Source: a virus | Taxonomy: Duplodnaviria; Caudoviricetes | Virus record (IMG/VR): IMGVR_UViG_3300044266_000273 | Coordinates: 1 to 64,000 of that record | DNA: 64,000 nucleotides | Strand: one strand, 5' to 3' | Shown here: piece by piece, positions 25,853-35,791 of the stretch | Layout of the letters: each line of letters starts with the position of its first letter | Numbering within the stretch: the first letter of the stretch is position 1 | Position numbers and translations under genes: made by a program | Notes under the pieces: generated by a model | The model's database searches: none | What the model was told of the DNA's origin: nothing | Seen by the model: the letters and a program-made list of their open reading frames with translations, nothing else

Positions 25853-27199
25853 ATGTATCTAACAGAAGAACTACAACAGAAATGGCAACCTGTTCTGGAG
25901 CACCCAGAGCTGGAAGCCATTAAAGATCCATACAAGAAGGCTGTTACTGCCCTTGTTCTGGAAAACCAACAACAAGCTATGCGTCAAGATGCACAGCAAC
26001 TGAACGAAACAACCTACTCTGCAACACCAACAAACGTTGCTGGTGGCGTTCAGAACTACGACCCAATCTTAATCAGCTTGGTTCGTCGTGCTCTTCCTAA
26101 CCTAATTGCTTATGACGTTGCAGGCGTTCAGCCAATGACAGGTCCTACAGGCCTGATCTTCGCTATGCGTGCTCGTTACAATGCACAATCTGGTGCTCCT
26201 TCAAATACCAACGAAGCATTCTACAACGAAGCCAATACCATCTTCTCTGGTGCTGGTTCTTCTGGTAACCTGTATGGCTTCCGTGGTAATAACGCTACTG
26301 ACGTTGTAACAAACACAGGTGCTGATCTAGTTGCCAACAGTTTCACAACTGGTATCGGCATGCAGACAAGCGTTGCTGAAGGTTTGGGTGCAGACACTTC
26401 GAGTGGATTGTTCAACCAAATGGCATTCAGCATTGAGAAAGTTACTGTAACTGCTCAATCACGTGCTCTGAAGGCTGAATACTCTCTAGAACTTGCTCAA
26501 GACTTGAAGGCAATCCATGGTTTGGATGCTGAAACAGAACTGAGCAACATTCTGTCAACAGAAATTCTGGCTGAAATCAACCGTGAAGTTATCCGTACAA
26601 TCTACGCTTGCGCTGTTGCAGGTGCTCAGTATGGTACTACAACTGCTGGTGCTTTCGACCTTGACACCGACTCTAACGGTCGTTGGTCTGTTGAGCGTTT
26701 CAAAGGTCTGATTTTCCAGATCGAGCGTGACGCTAACGTTATTGCTAAGCAAACCCGTCGTGGTAAAGGTAACGTTCTGATCGTTTCTTCAGACGTTGCT
26801 TCTGCTATGGCTATGGCTGGTGTTCTGCAATATACACCTGCTCTGCAAGCTGACCTGCAAGTTGATGATACTGGCAATACATTTGCTGGTATGTTGCACG
26901 GTCGTATCAAGGTTTACATCGACCCATACTTCGGTGGTTACACAAGCAATCAAGAATTGGTAACAGTTGGTTATAAGGGTTCTTCTCCTTATGACGCTGG
27001 CCTGTTCTATTGCCCATACGTACCTCTGCAAATGGTTCGTGCAGTTGACCAGTACACCTTCCAACCTAAGATTGGTTTCAAGACTCGTTACGGAATGGTT
27101 GCAAACCCATTCGCTACCGGTCTGGCTTCCAGCAACGGTGCACTGAATGCTCGTAGCAACGTCTACTATCGCATTTTCCAAGTCAAGAACCTGATGTAA
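25853..27199 (+). CDS. gp23: Major capsid protein gp23
   Basis: GVQPMTGPTGLIFAMR, SRALKAEYSLELAQDLKAIHGLDAE, FQPKIGFKTRYG. Confidence 0.98.
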   Translation: MYLTEELQQKWQPVLEHPELEAIKDPYKKAVTALVLENQQQAMRQDAQQLNETTYSATPTNVAGGVQNYDPILISLVRRALPNLIAYDVAGVQPMTGPTGLIFAMRARYNAQSGAPSNTNEAFYNEANTIFSGAGSSGNLYGFRGNNATDVVTNTGADLVANSFTTGIGMQTSVAEGLGADTSSGLFNQMAFSIEKVTVTAQSRALKAEYSLELAQDLKAIHGLDAETELSNILSTEILAEINREVIRTIYACAVAGAQYGTTTAGAFDLDTDSNGRWSVERFKGLIFQIERDANVIAKQTRRGKGNVLIVSSDVASAMAMAGVLQYTPALQADLQVDDTGNTFAGMLHGRIKVYIDPYFGGYTSNQELVTVGYKGSSPYDAGLFYCPYVPLQMVRAVDQYTFQPKIGFKTRYGMVANPFATGLASSNGALNARSNVYYRIFQVKNLM

Positions 27200-27229
27200 T
27201 CAGTAAGTCACCGTAGAGTGACATTTAAG

Positions 27230-27257
27230 AGAGGACACTTCGGTGTCCTCTTTTTTT
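27230..27257 (+). terminator. Rho-independent terminator
   Basis: AGAGGACAC-TTCG-GTGTCCTCT plus T-run. Confidence 0.9.
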
Positions 27258-27289
27258 GTCTCCTAAATACCAAGATAAAGGAGATATGA

Positions 27290-27802
27290 ATGACCGTACT
27301 TAATAGAAATCCAGTAAACACTGGTCCATTACAACCAACAAAGTTTTTATTAAACTTTAGTCGTATCAGTGCTGTTCAATATTTCTGCCAAACAGTAAAT
27401 CTTCCTGGTGTAACTCTAGGTGAAGTTGTACGTGTAACTCCTTTTCTAGACATGTATTCGCCTGGTACTAAATTGGCATATAATAATTTAGATGTGACAT
27501 TTATAGTTGATTCGGAATTATCTGGTTGGAAAAATCTATATAATTGGTTTGTTTCTATTGCTTCACCGGATGGTTTTGAGGGCCGTGATGGTAGCATCGA
27601 ATTGCAACGACAAAAACATTTTTCAGATGCAACTCTTACCATTTTGAGTTCGTTGAATAATCCAATCATGCGAGTGAATTTCACAAACTTATTTCCAGTA
27701 TCAATGAGTGACATTCGTTTTGATACCACACTTTCTTCGGATACCATCATTACTGTTGATGCCACATTTAGGTACCAATCATACGTATACTTGACAGCAT
27801 AA
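27290..27802 (+). CDS. gp3: Tail tube terminator/completion protein gp3
   Basis: YFCQTVNLPG, SDATLTIL, FTNLFPVS; position after gp23. Confidence 0.8.
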   Translation: MTVLNRNPVNTGPLQPTKFLLNFSRISAVQYFCQTVNLPGVTLGEVVRVTPFLDMYSPGTKLAYNNLDVTFIVDSELSGWKNLYNWFVSIASPDGFEGRDGSIELQRQKHFSDATLTILSSLNNPIMRVNFTNLFPVSMSDIRFDTTLSSDTIITVDATFRYQSYVYLTA

Positions 27803-27819
27803 AATAATTATGTTATAAT
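27791..27819 (+). promoter_or_regulatory. Sigma70-type promoter
   Basis: TTGACA-17-TATAAT with extended -10 TG, upstream of uvsY. Confidence 0.85.
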
Positions 27820-27842
27820 ACAGTTTTGTATTGGATTATATT

Positions 27843-28274
27843 ATGGAACTTGAAAAAATTCTTGAAGAATGGGAAAAAGATGCCGTCATAGACCAGACGG
27901 AACCCAGCAAAGAACTTATAAAAATTCCTGTACTGCATAGTAAGTATATAAACATACTCACGAAACATAAGTTGGCATCCAAAAAAGCCAACTTTGGATA
28001 TTTGCGTATGCGTAAAATCAAATCGGAGTATTATTCCGGCAAGCTCTCACAAGAAGAGCTGAATGAATACGGATGGGAACCATTTCCCTTTACACTGAAA
28101 TCTGAGATGAATACATACTTAGAGAGTGATGATGACCTGATTAAACTGTTGGAAAAAAAGGTCTATCACGATGAATCCATTTCTGTTGTTGAAGCCATAT
28201 TAAATGAATTGAAACAACGAACATGGCAATTGAGAGACTTTATAAGTTGGGAAAAATTTGTGAATGGCCAGTGA
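27843..28274 (+). CDS. uvsY: Recombination mediator UvsY
   Basis: WEKDAVID, IPVLHSKY, YYSGK; precedes uvsW. Confidence 0.88.
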   Translation: MELEKILEEWEKDAVIDQTEPSKELIKIPVLHSKYINILTKHKLASKKANFGYLRMRKIKSEYYSGKLSQEELNEYGWEPFPFTLKSEMNTYLESDDDLIKLLEKKVYHDESISVVEAILNELKQRTWQLRDFISWEKFVNGQ

Positions 28275-29760
28275 TAATATAATAGTAACAAAAAAAGATG
28301 AAGTATATGCCAAAGTGCAATGTGAACGCCACGTTGCGATGGAATTATCTGAATACTTCACCTTCTTTGTACCTGGTTATAAATTCGTTCCAGCCTACAG
28401 GAATCGCATTTGGGACGGTAAAATAAGACTATTCAATCTACAGACACACCAAATATATCTTGGTCTTATTCCTTATCTTAAAGAATTCTGTGATGAACGC
28501 CAGTACACATTAGAATATGAAAATGTGGAAGATGAGTTCAGCGTCTATCATTTCCAAAAATTTGCAGAGTCTTTAAATCTACAATCAAAAAATAATCCTA
28601 TTGAAGTACGTGACCACCAGAAGAATGCGTTCATACATTCAATGCAAACACGGAGAGCACTGTTACTTTCTCCAACAGCATCAGGCAAATCACTCATCAT
28701 ATACCTATTGTTTAGACAACTTTTAGATTATCAAAATCTAAAGGGTCTTGTTATTGTACCCACCACATCACTCGTTGAACAATTATATTCCGATTTTGTG
28801 GACTATTCTGGTGGAAATGGTTTCGATGTAGAACACAATGTACACAGAATATACCAGGGCAAAGATAAGAACACAAATAAAAAATTAACAATTTCTACGT
28901 GGCAGTCTTTGTATCAGCTGCCCAAAGAATACTTTGAACAATTTGATTACGTGATAGGTGATGAAGCTCACCTATTCAAAGCACAGTCACTCACAAAAAT
29001 CATGACTGCGGCCACCAACACAAAGTACCGAATAGGATTGACTGGTACTTTAGATGGAACCAAAACACACAAACTTGTTTTGGAAGGTCTTTTTGGTCCA
29101 GTAGAAAAAGTTACCACGACAAAAGAGTTGATTGACAAAAATCAGCTTGCATCTTTTCAAATTAAATGTTTGGTTCTTAAACATCCAGACGACATATGTG
29201 AAGCGATGAAAGACTGTACTTACCAAGAAGAAATAGAATACCTCATATCTTCAACACAACGAAATAAATTTATTAAAAATCTTGCAGTTAGTTTAGGTAC
29301 AAATACCTTGGTTCTGTATCAAATGGTTGAAAAACATGGCCAAATACTATATGATATGATACGTAATACGGAACGAATTGGCAATAGAAAAATATTTTTT
29401 GTGCATGGTGGTGTTGATACCGAAGACAGAGAACAAATTAGACATATTGTGGAGAATGAGAATGACGCAATTATCGTGGCTTCTTTTGGTACTTTTAGCA
29501 CTGGAATCAATATTCGCAATCTGCACAATATTATTTTTGCTAGCCCAAGTAAGAGCCGTGTTAGGAATTTACAAAGTATTGGACGGGGTTTGCGGCAATC
29601 TAGCGGAAAGGAACAAGCAACTCTCTATGATGTTGCAGACGACCTCAGATACAAAAAACACATGAACTTCACACTTCGGCATTTCGTAGAACGGGTAAAG
29701 ATATATACTGAAGAGAAGTTCCCTTTTAAAATTTATAACATAGGGATTAAAAATGGATAA
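28264..29760 (+). CDS. uvsW: SF2 helicase UvsW
   Basis: WDGKIRLF, SPTASGKS, DEAH, LTGT, QSIGRGLR. Confidence 0.95.
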   Translation: MASDNIIVTKKDEVYAKVQCERHVAMELSEYFTFFVPGYKFVPAYRNRIWDGKIRLFNLQTHQIYLGLIPYLKEFCDERQYTLEYENVEDEFSVYHFQKFAESLNLQSKNNPIEVRDHQKNAFIHSMQTRRALLLSPTASGKSLIIYLLFRQLLDYQNLKGLVIVPTTSLVEQLYSDFVDYSGGNGFDVEHNVHRIYQGKDKNTNKKLTISTWQSLYQLPKEYFEQFDYVIGDEAHLFKAQSLTKIMTAATNTKYRIGLTGTLDGTKTHKLVLEGLFGPVEKVTTTKELIDKNQLASFQIKCLVLKHPDDICEAMKDCTYQEEIEYLISSTQRNKFIKNLAVSLGTNTLVLYQMVEKHGQILYDMIRNTERIGNRKIFFVHGGVDTEDREQIRHIVENENDAIIVASFGTFSTGINIRNLHNIIFASPSKSRVRNLQSIGRGLRQSSGKEQATLYDVADDLRYKKHMNFTLRHFVERVKIYTEEKFPFKIYNIGIKNG

Positions 29761-30118
29761 CATCCGTATTTTAAGATTAAAGGATGGCCAAGATATCATC
29801 TGTAATGTACTTACAGAAAGTACACAAACGATTGATATTTTAGATCCAATGGTATTTGCAGTACGAAATGCCAATCTGATGATTCAACAATGGCTGCCTC
29901 TTGCAGTGATTAAAGATACACAAGTCAATCTCAAACAAGACGATATTCTATGTTCACTTCAGCCAAACGAAAGCTTTCGTGAATACTATCAAGGGTTGGT
30001 ATCTAAGATAAACGATGTGGTGGAAAATAATGATCTCTCTAAGGCAAGTGTTGACAAGATCAAAGAGTTGATAGAAGCACTAGAGAACTCCCCATCAGAC
30101 GATACTCCATTACACTAA
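29753..30118 (+). CDS. Conserved hypothetical (Sm-like) protein between uvsW and gp55
   Basis: ILRLKDGQDIIC N-terminus; synteny. Confidence 0.55.
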   Translation: MDNIRILRLKDGQDIICNVLTESTQTIDILDPMVFAVRNANLMIQQWLPLAVIKDTQVNLKQDDILCSLQPNESFREYYQGLVSKINDVVENNDLSKASVDKIKELIEALENSPSDDTPLH

Positions 30119-30196
30119 TATTAATATTCTCGGGGCTACATACTCACTGTACAGATTGTCAAGCCCTTTGTCAACAACATTTTATGGTATACTTGA

Positions 30197-30736
30197 ATGA
30201 ACAAACCTAAACATTACATCAACAATGAAGATTTCCTACGTGCTCTGGTCTCGTACAAAGAGTCGTGTGTTCTGGCCAAAGAACAAGGATTATCTAAACC
30301 AAAAATACCAAATTACATTGGTGAATGCTTCATGAAAATTGCTGAAGGGCTATCACACAAACCAAACTTCATCAATTATCCACACCGAGAAGACATGATT
30401 GGAGACGGTATTGAAAATTGTTTGATGTACTTTGAGAACTTTGATCCAGCCAAATCTAAAAATCCATTTGCATACTTCACTCAAGTTATCTACTTTGCAT
30501 TTCTCCGCAGGATACAAAAAGAGAAAAAACAATTGTATGTCAAGTACAAGTCTACCGAAACAGCTGGTGTACTGGATGAATATGATATGTTAGACTTTGA
30601 AGACGGCACCACCAAACAATTTCAGTTATATGATAATATTGCCGAGTTCATAGAGAACTATGAAGAGAGTCGAAAAAACAAAAAAGTAGCAAAGACAGCA
30701 CCAAAAAAAGGTGTTGAAAAATTTATGGAAGATTGA
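30197..30736 (+). CDS. gp55: Late sigma factor gp55
   Basis: HYINN, YIGECFMKIAEGLS.KPNF, NPFAYFTQ..YFAFLRRI. Confidence 0.95.
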   Translation: MNKPKHYINNEDFLRALVSYKESCVLAKEQGLSKPKIPNYIGECFMKIAEGLSHKPNFINYPHREDMIGDGIENCLMYFENFDPAKSKNPFAYFTQVIYFAFLRRIQKEKKQLYVKYKSTETAGVLDEYDMLDFEDGTTKQFQLYDNIAEFIENYEESRKNKKVAKTAPKKGVEKFMED

Positions 30737-30738
30737 TA

Positions 30739-31809
30739 ATGAAAGTTGCTGTGATAACCGACCAACACTTCGGTGCGAGAAATGATTCATCTCATTTCCT
30801 GGATTTTTATGAAAAGTTTTATCGTGATACATTCTTTCCAAAAGTCAAAGAAGAAGGCATACAAGCCGTATTGATGCTTGGTGATACGTTTGACCGTCGG
30901 AAGTATATGAACTACTATACACTCAAACGGGCCAAAGAAATGTTCTTTGAACCACTTGCACAACTTGGTATTCAAGTTTATATTCTTGCAGGCAACCACG
31001 ACACATATTTTAAAAATACAAATGATGTAAATTCAGTCAACCTGTTATTAGGTGAATATGGTGCATCGTTTCATATCATAGATTCACCAGAAGAAGTCTA
31101 TGTTGGGCCACACAAACTATGTATGATGCCATGGATTTGTCCAGAAAACTATGATGAATCTATGGGAATGTTGGACAAAACTGATGCCAAATATTGTTTT
31201 GGGCATTTTGAAATTGCAGGCTTTGCCATGTATCGTGGCATGCCATCTGAAGAAGGGCTAGATCGTGGAATTTTTAGGAAGTTTAGTCGTACTTTTAGTG
31301 GTCATTACCATCACAAATCTAATGCTGATGGCATATATTATCTTGGGAATCCATATGAGCTTACGTGGCAGGATTATAATGATCCTAGGGGTTTTCACAT
31401 TTTTGATTTGGACAACGATGAACTTACTTTCGTTAGAAATCCAAACTCCATGTTTTACCGAATCATGTATGATGATAGAGAGGAATCCATCACCGACATT
31501 ACGAATAAAGACTTGAGTGGTTATACCAATACCTATGTTAAAGTGGTTGTAATCAATAAAACAAACCCATATTTGTTTGACAGATTCATGAACAACCTGT
31601 ATAATGTCAATCCAGTTGATATTACCATCGCAGAAGATTTTTCTGAAATGACAGAAGGTGTTGATGACGATATGGTAGACCAAGCAGAAGACACACTTAC
31701 GATATTGAATAAGTACATAGATAATGTTACAGAAGACAATATCAATAAAGATAGATTGAAAACATTGATGAAAGAGCTTTACATAGAAGCGTTGAATACC
31801 GAAACATGA
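30739..31809 (+). CDS. gp47: Recombination nuclease gp47 (Mre11/SbcD-like)
   Basis: TDQHFG, GDTFD, GNHD, SGHYH. Confidence 0.95.
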   Translation: MKVAVITDQHFGARNDSSHFLDFYEKFYRDTFFPKVKEEGIQAVLMLGDTFDRRKYMNYYTLKRAKEMFFEPLAQLGIQVYILAGNHDTYFKNTNDVNSVNLLLGEYGASFHIIDSPEEVYVGPHKLCMMPWICPENYDESMGMLDKTDAKYCFGHFEIAGFAMYRGMPSEEGLDRGIFRKFSRTFSGHYHHKSNADGIYYLGNPYELTWQDYNDPRGFHIFDLDNDELTFVRNPNSMFYRIMYDDREESITDITNKDLSGYTNTYVKVVVINKTNPYLFDRFMNNLYNVNPVDITIAEDFSEMTEGVDDDMVDQAEDTLTILNKYIDNVTEDNINKDRLKTLMKELYIEALNTET

Positions 31810-33521
31810 TTCTATTTCAAAGAGTTAGATGGAAAAATTTTCTGAGTACAGGTGCTCACTTTACTGAGATCAAATTTACCAAATCACCAAACACACTTAT
31901 CATTGGCCAAAACGGCGCAGGTAAATCCACTATTCTGGATGCTTTGTGCTTTGGTTTGTTTGGAAAACCTTTTCGTAAAATAAATAAGCCACAACTTGTA
32001 AATTCCATCAATCAAAAAGATGCACTCGTCGAGGTGGAGTTTACGATTGGAAAGAAAGATTATAGAATTGTTCGTGGTATTAAACCAAATGTGTTTGAAA
32101 TTTATTGCAATAGTGTCCTGCTGAACCAAGATGCAGCTGCAAAAGACTATCAAGACATACTAGAGAGTCAGATTCTCAAATTAAATTTTAAGTCCTTTAC
32201 GCAGGTTGTCATTCTTGGTTCAGCATCTTTTACACCTTTCATGCAGCTCTCGGCTGCCGATAGACGCACACTCATAGAAGACCTTTTGGATATTAAAATA
32301 TTCTCTTCTATGAACACTCTTCTCAAAGAGAAATCGTCACAACTAAAAGACCAAACTTCAACAAACAACTACAGTATCTCTTTGACTGAAGAAAAAATTG
32401 AACTACAAAAACAGAATATTGAAGAGAATAAAAAACACAACGAAGAAGAAATACAAAAGAAACAAATTGAAATTGAACAATCAGTAGAACAGATTGCTAC
32501 ATTAGAAAAGGAAATTGGATTGATTCAAAAACACGTAACAGTGTTGATGAAAAAAGTATCTGATGAATCTTTGGTGAGTTCAAAACTTAAAAAGCTTTTT
32601 CAACTTGAAGCCAAGATTGAAAACAATATTAAAAAGAATGAAAAGGACATACAATTCTATGAGCAAAACGACAATTGTCCAACCTGCAAACAACAAATTG
32701 AACAACACCACCGAGAACAACAAGTCGAAGAACGTAAAAACAAAGTCACTCATCAACAAACGGGCCTTAAAGAAATTGAGGCGGAAGTTACTAAACTCAC
32801 CGGAAGAGTGACAGAGATAGAAACGGTAAACAAACATATTAATGCACATAACAATGAAGTTGTGAAACATAACTCCACAATTAGTGCGTTGAATAATTAT
32901 ATTACCAAAGTAAACAAAGAAATCAAAGAACTTTCTGCCAAGAAAAATAATTTGGAAGAAGTCAACGAAAAATTAAATGCACTTAAACTTGAACTCGAAG
33001 AACTATTAAAAACCAAAGAACAGTTGGTCATTGAAAAACATTATTATGAATATGCGGCAACGTTACTTAAAGACAATGGCATTAAAACCAAAATTATTAA
33101 GCAGTATTTGCCTATAATGAACAAGCTGATTAATAAGTATTTGACAGCAATGGATTTCTTTGTCAACTTCAACATCAATGAAAATTTTGAAGAGACGATC
33201 AAGAGCAGGCACCGTGATGAATTCTCGTATGCAAACTTTTCTGAAGGTGAAAAGATGCGTATCGACCTGGCACTGTTGTTCACTTGGCGCCAAGTGGCCA
33301 AACTAAAGAATTCTACAAACACCAATCTATTAATATTAGACGAAGTGTTTGACAGCAGTCTTGACACAGGTGGCACAGAAGAGTTTTTGAAACTTATACA
33401 TGAAATGGGGCAAGATACAAATATATTTGTTATCTCACATAAAGGTGACCAGTTGTTTGATAAGTTCAGAAGCGTAATTAAATTTGAGAAAAAAGGTAAC
33501 TTTTCAAGGATTGCAAAATGA
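31806..33521 (+). CDS. gp46: Recombination ATPase gp46 (Rad50/SbcC-like)
   Basis: GQNGAGKS, CPTC hook, FSEGE, LDEVFD. Confidence 0.96.
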   Translation: MILFQRVRWKNFLSTGAHFTEIKFTKSPNTLIIGQNGAGKSTILDALCFGLFGKPFRKINKPQLVNSINQKDALVEVEFTIGKKDYRIVRGIKPNVFEIYCNSVLLNQDAAAKDYQDILESQILKLNFKSFTQVVILGSASFTPFMQLSAADRRTLIEDLLDIKIFSSMNTLLKEKSSQLKDQTSTNNYSISLTEEKIELQKQNIEENKKHNEEEIQKKQIEIEQSVEQIATLEKEIGLIQKHVTVLMKKVSDESLVSSKLKKLFQLEAKIENNIKKNEKDIQFYEQNDNCPTCKQQIEQHHREQQVEERKNKVTHQQTGLKEIEAEVTKLTGRVTEIETVNKHINAHNNEVVKHNSTISALNNYITKVNKEIKELSAKKNNLEEVNEKLNALKLELEELLKTKEQLVIEKHYYEYAATLLKDNGIKTKIIKQYLPIMNKLINKYLTAMDFFVNFNINENFEETIKSRHRDEFSYANFSEGEKMRIDLALLFTWRQVAKLKNSTNTNLLILDEVFDSSLDTGGTEEFLKLIHEMGQDTNIFVISHKGDQLFDKFRSVIKFEKKGNFSRIAK

Positions 33522-34117
33522 GTGATGATGTAATTGTATTTGATACTGGTGCTTCACTAGATATACCTCCACCAAAAAAACAAAAATTATTTTTGGTGCA
33601 TGAAGATTCTTCAATCTTAAAAGAAGTGATGCCAGAATTTGATTTTAAAAATCCACCTTTTGATCATATCGCACTTGTAAATGAAATGATTGAATTGTGT
33701 CAGAAAAATAATGGTTATGGACTTTCGGCAAATCAATGTGGCGTTAGAGCACGTGTCTTTGTCGTGGGTGCGAATGATGAATATGTGGCATTTTTTAATC
33801 CTAAATTGATTGGTTATTCAGGTGAAACTCATATGTCTGAAGGTTGCCTTTCTTTTCCTTTGTTGGCACTCAGTATTACTAGGCCAACAAACATTGAAGT
33901 GGAATACCAAGACTATGATGGTAATACCAAATACATGAAATTAGGTGGCATAAGTGCAAGATGTTTTCTCCATGAGCTTGACCACATGAACGGTATACTG
34001 TATACTGAAAGAGCCAAACCAATGGCTTTGCAATCTGGCAAGAAAAAACGTGAGAAAATTTTAAAGAATGTAATGAAGCATGGCAACAAATTCAAAGAAG
34101 CTTATACTTACCGTTGA
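33518..34117 (+). CDS. def: Peptide deformylase
   Basis: GYGLSANQ, EGCLS, HELDH motifs. Confidence 0.9.
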   Translation: MSDDVIVFDTGASLDIPPPKKQKLFLVHEDSSILKEVMPEFDFKNPPFDHIALVNEMIELCQKNNGYGLSANQCGVRARVFVVGANDEYVAFFNPKLIGYSGETHMSEGCLSFPLLALSITRPTNIEVEYQDYDGNTKYMKLGGISARCFLHELDHMNGILYTERAKPMALQSGKKKREKILKNVMKHGNKFKEAYTYR

Positions 34118-35360
34118 TGAACAGTGGGATCAGTGGCAAAAACTAAATGATCCTGCTCGGTTTGAAAATATTAGAACCGACGAACTCAAAGAAATTCTCA
34201 TCAAGGACCTATCTTACGCATCACAAATGGATGTGCGTGAGTATACTTTGTATCAGAAATGGTGCGAAGTAAAAGAAAAATATCCAACTAAAGAATGTTC
34301 AACTCTATTTGAACCTGAGACGGTACAACTAATTGATGACCATCAAATGGATATTATCAATCAAGTTAAAAAGAACTTTTGGATGCCCAAGACACCAGAA
34401 GATTATGAGAATCTCAGACCTAGATTGATTCTTTCCAACGAAAAACAAACCGATATCTGGAATGCAATACGTACATTTTCTTCCACGATGAAGAACAATT
34501 CAAACATTGGGCGCAATTTATATTACACGATTGTTGATGATGTAACAGGCAATTATCTTGGTGTAATTTGTATCTCATCCGATTTCTTGGACTTGACACC
34601 AAGAGATTCTGCAATTGGTTGGGAAAGAACCTTGAAGACACAAGGGCGAATGATTAATCATACGGCCATCGGTTCTACGATTGTGCCTTTGCAACCTCTC
34701 GGATTTAATTACATGGGTGGCAAGCTATTGGCTCTATTGTGTCTTGCTGATACAGTTCAACGTGACTGGAAAAACAAATATGGTGATGTCTTAGTTGGTG
34801 TCACAACCACTTCTTTGTACGGCAACACCAAGTCCAATGGGCTCTCACAGTATGATGGGCTAGAACATTGGAACAAAATGGGTTTCTCTTCTGGTTCTGT
34901 GGCATTTGAACCAACCAGAAAAACTATGAATATGGTATTTGATTGGATCAAACAACACCACACATACAAATACTTTGAGTGGTGGGAAGCCAAAAATCCA
35001 CAAGGGCTTCCTTTGAAACGAGATCACAAAAATCGTTCGTTGAACTTTGCATATTCAAAGTTAGGCATTCCAAAAAATCTAATACGAACCGAACATCAGA
35101 GAGGCATCTATTTTTCACCTCTCTATGACAACACCAATGAATTCTTGAGAAAAGAAATTGGTGAAGACCAACTGGTAAAATCTTTCGATACCAGTGAAGA
35201 CACTTTGGCAAATATCTGGAAAACCAAATATGCCAAAGGTAGAATATCAATGTTGAAAAAGAAGAACAATGTTTCATATGAAACACTGTTCTATGATGAC
35301 TTGATATTCCTTTCTTGGGAAGAAACCAAGAACAAATATCTGCCGCAAGTTGGCAGATAA
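34080..35360 (+). CDS. DUF4338/DruA-like protein, copy 1
   Basis: P.GFNYMGGKLLALLC, TTTSLYG, SQYDG; paralogue at 59072. Confidence 0.6.
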   Translation: MATNSKKLILTVDEQWDQWQKLNDPARFENIRTDELKEILIKDLSYASQMDVREYTLYQKWCEVKEKYPTKECSTLFEPETVQLIDDHQMDIINQVKKNFWMPKTPEDYENLRPRLILSNEKQTDIWNAIRTFSSTMKNNSNIGRNLYYTIVDDVTGNYLGVICISSDFLDLTPRDSAIGWERTLKTQGRMINHTAIGSTIVPLQPLGFNYMGGKLLALLCLADTVQRDWKNKYGDVLVGVTTTSLYGNTKSNGLSQYDGLEHWNKMGFSSGSVAFEPTRKTMNMVFDWIKQHHTYKYFEWWEAKNPQGLPLKRDHKNRSLNFAYSKLGIPKNLIRTEHQRGIYFSPLYDNTNEFLRKEIGEDQLVKSFDTSEDTLANIWKTKYAKGRISMLKKKNNVSYETLFYDDLIFLSWEETKNKYLPQVGR

Positions 35361-35382
35361 TATAAGTGTACCACAAAAACTG

Positions 35383-35411
35383 TTGACAAGTTCACTACAT
35401 AATAGTATGAT
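35383..35411 (+). promoter_or_regulatory. Sigma70-type promoter
   Basis: TTGACA-17-TATGAT. Confidence 0.75.
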
Positions 35412-35465
35412 GTGAGTATCTTGTGACAACAAGATTTTTGTTTTATAATTTAGGAGTTGATAATT

Positions 35466-35735
35466 ATGAAGACTGTTTCCGCTAAGCAAAAGATCCTCAA
35501 CTATCTGAGCAAGTCTGAGGGATATAACACACTGAGCGTTGCTCAGGCTCGTGCTCGTTTTGGCATCCAAAACGTTTCTGCTCGTATCGAAGAACTTCGT
35601 CAAGAAGGTCATTGCATCTACACCAACACCAAGCGCCGTGCTAACGGTAGCAAGGTTTCCGTTTATCGTCTAGGCGCACCAACCAAAGCTATGGTTCGTG
35701 CTGCTCTGCGTGGTGGATATAGCTTTACGGCTTAA
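35466..35735 (+). CDS. Small basic winged-helix DNA-binding protein
   Basis: KILNYL...ARARFGIQNVSARIEELRQEGHCI..YRLG wHTH pattern. Confidence 0.7.
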   Translation: MKTVSAKQKILNYLSKSEGYNTLSVAQARARFGIQNVSARIEELRQEGHCIYTNTKRRANGSKVSVYRLGAPTKAMVRAALRGGYSFTA

Positions 35736-35750
35736 TCGGTGTGAACTAAG

Positions 35751-35776
35751 AGGAAGGTTTAACGGCCTTCCTTTTT
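35751..35776 (+). terminator. Rho-independent terminator
   Basis: AGGAAGGT/GCCTTCCT stem plus TTTT. Confidence 0.7.
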
Positions 35777-35791
35777 ATCTTTGGAGTACAA

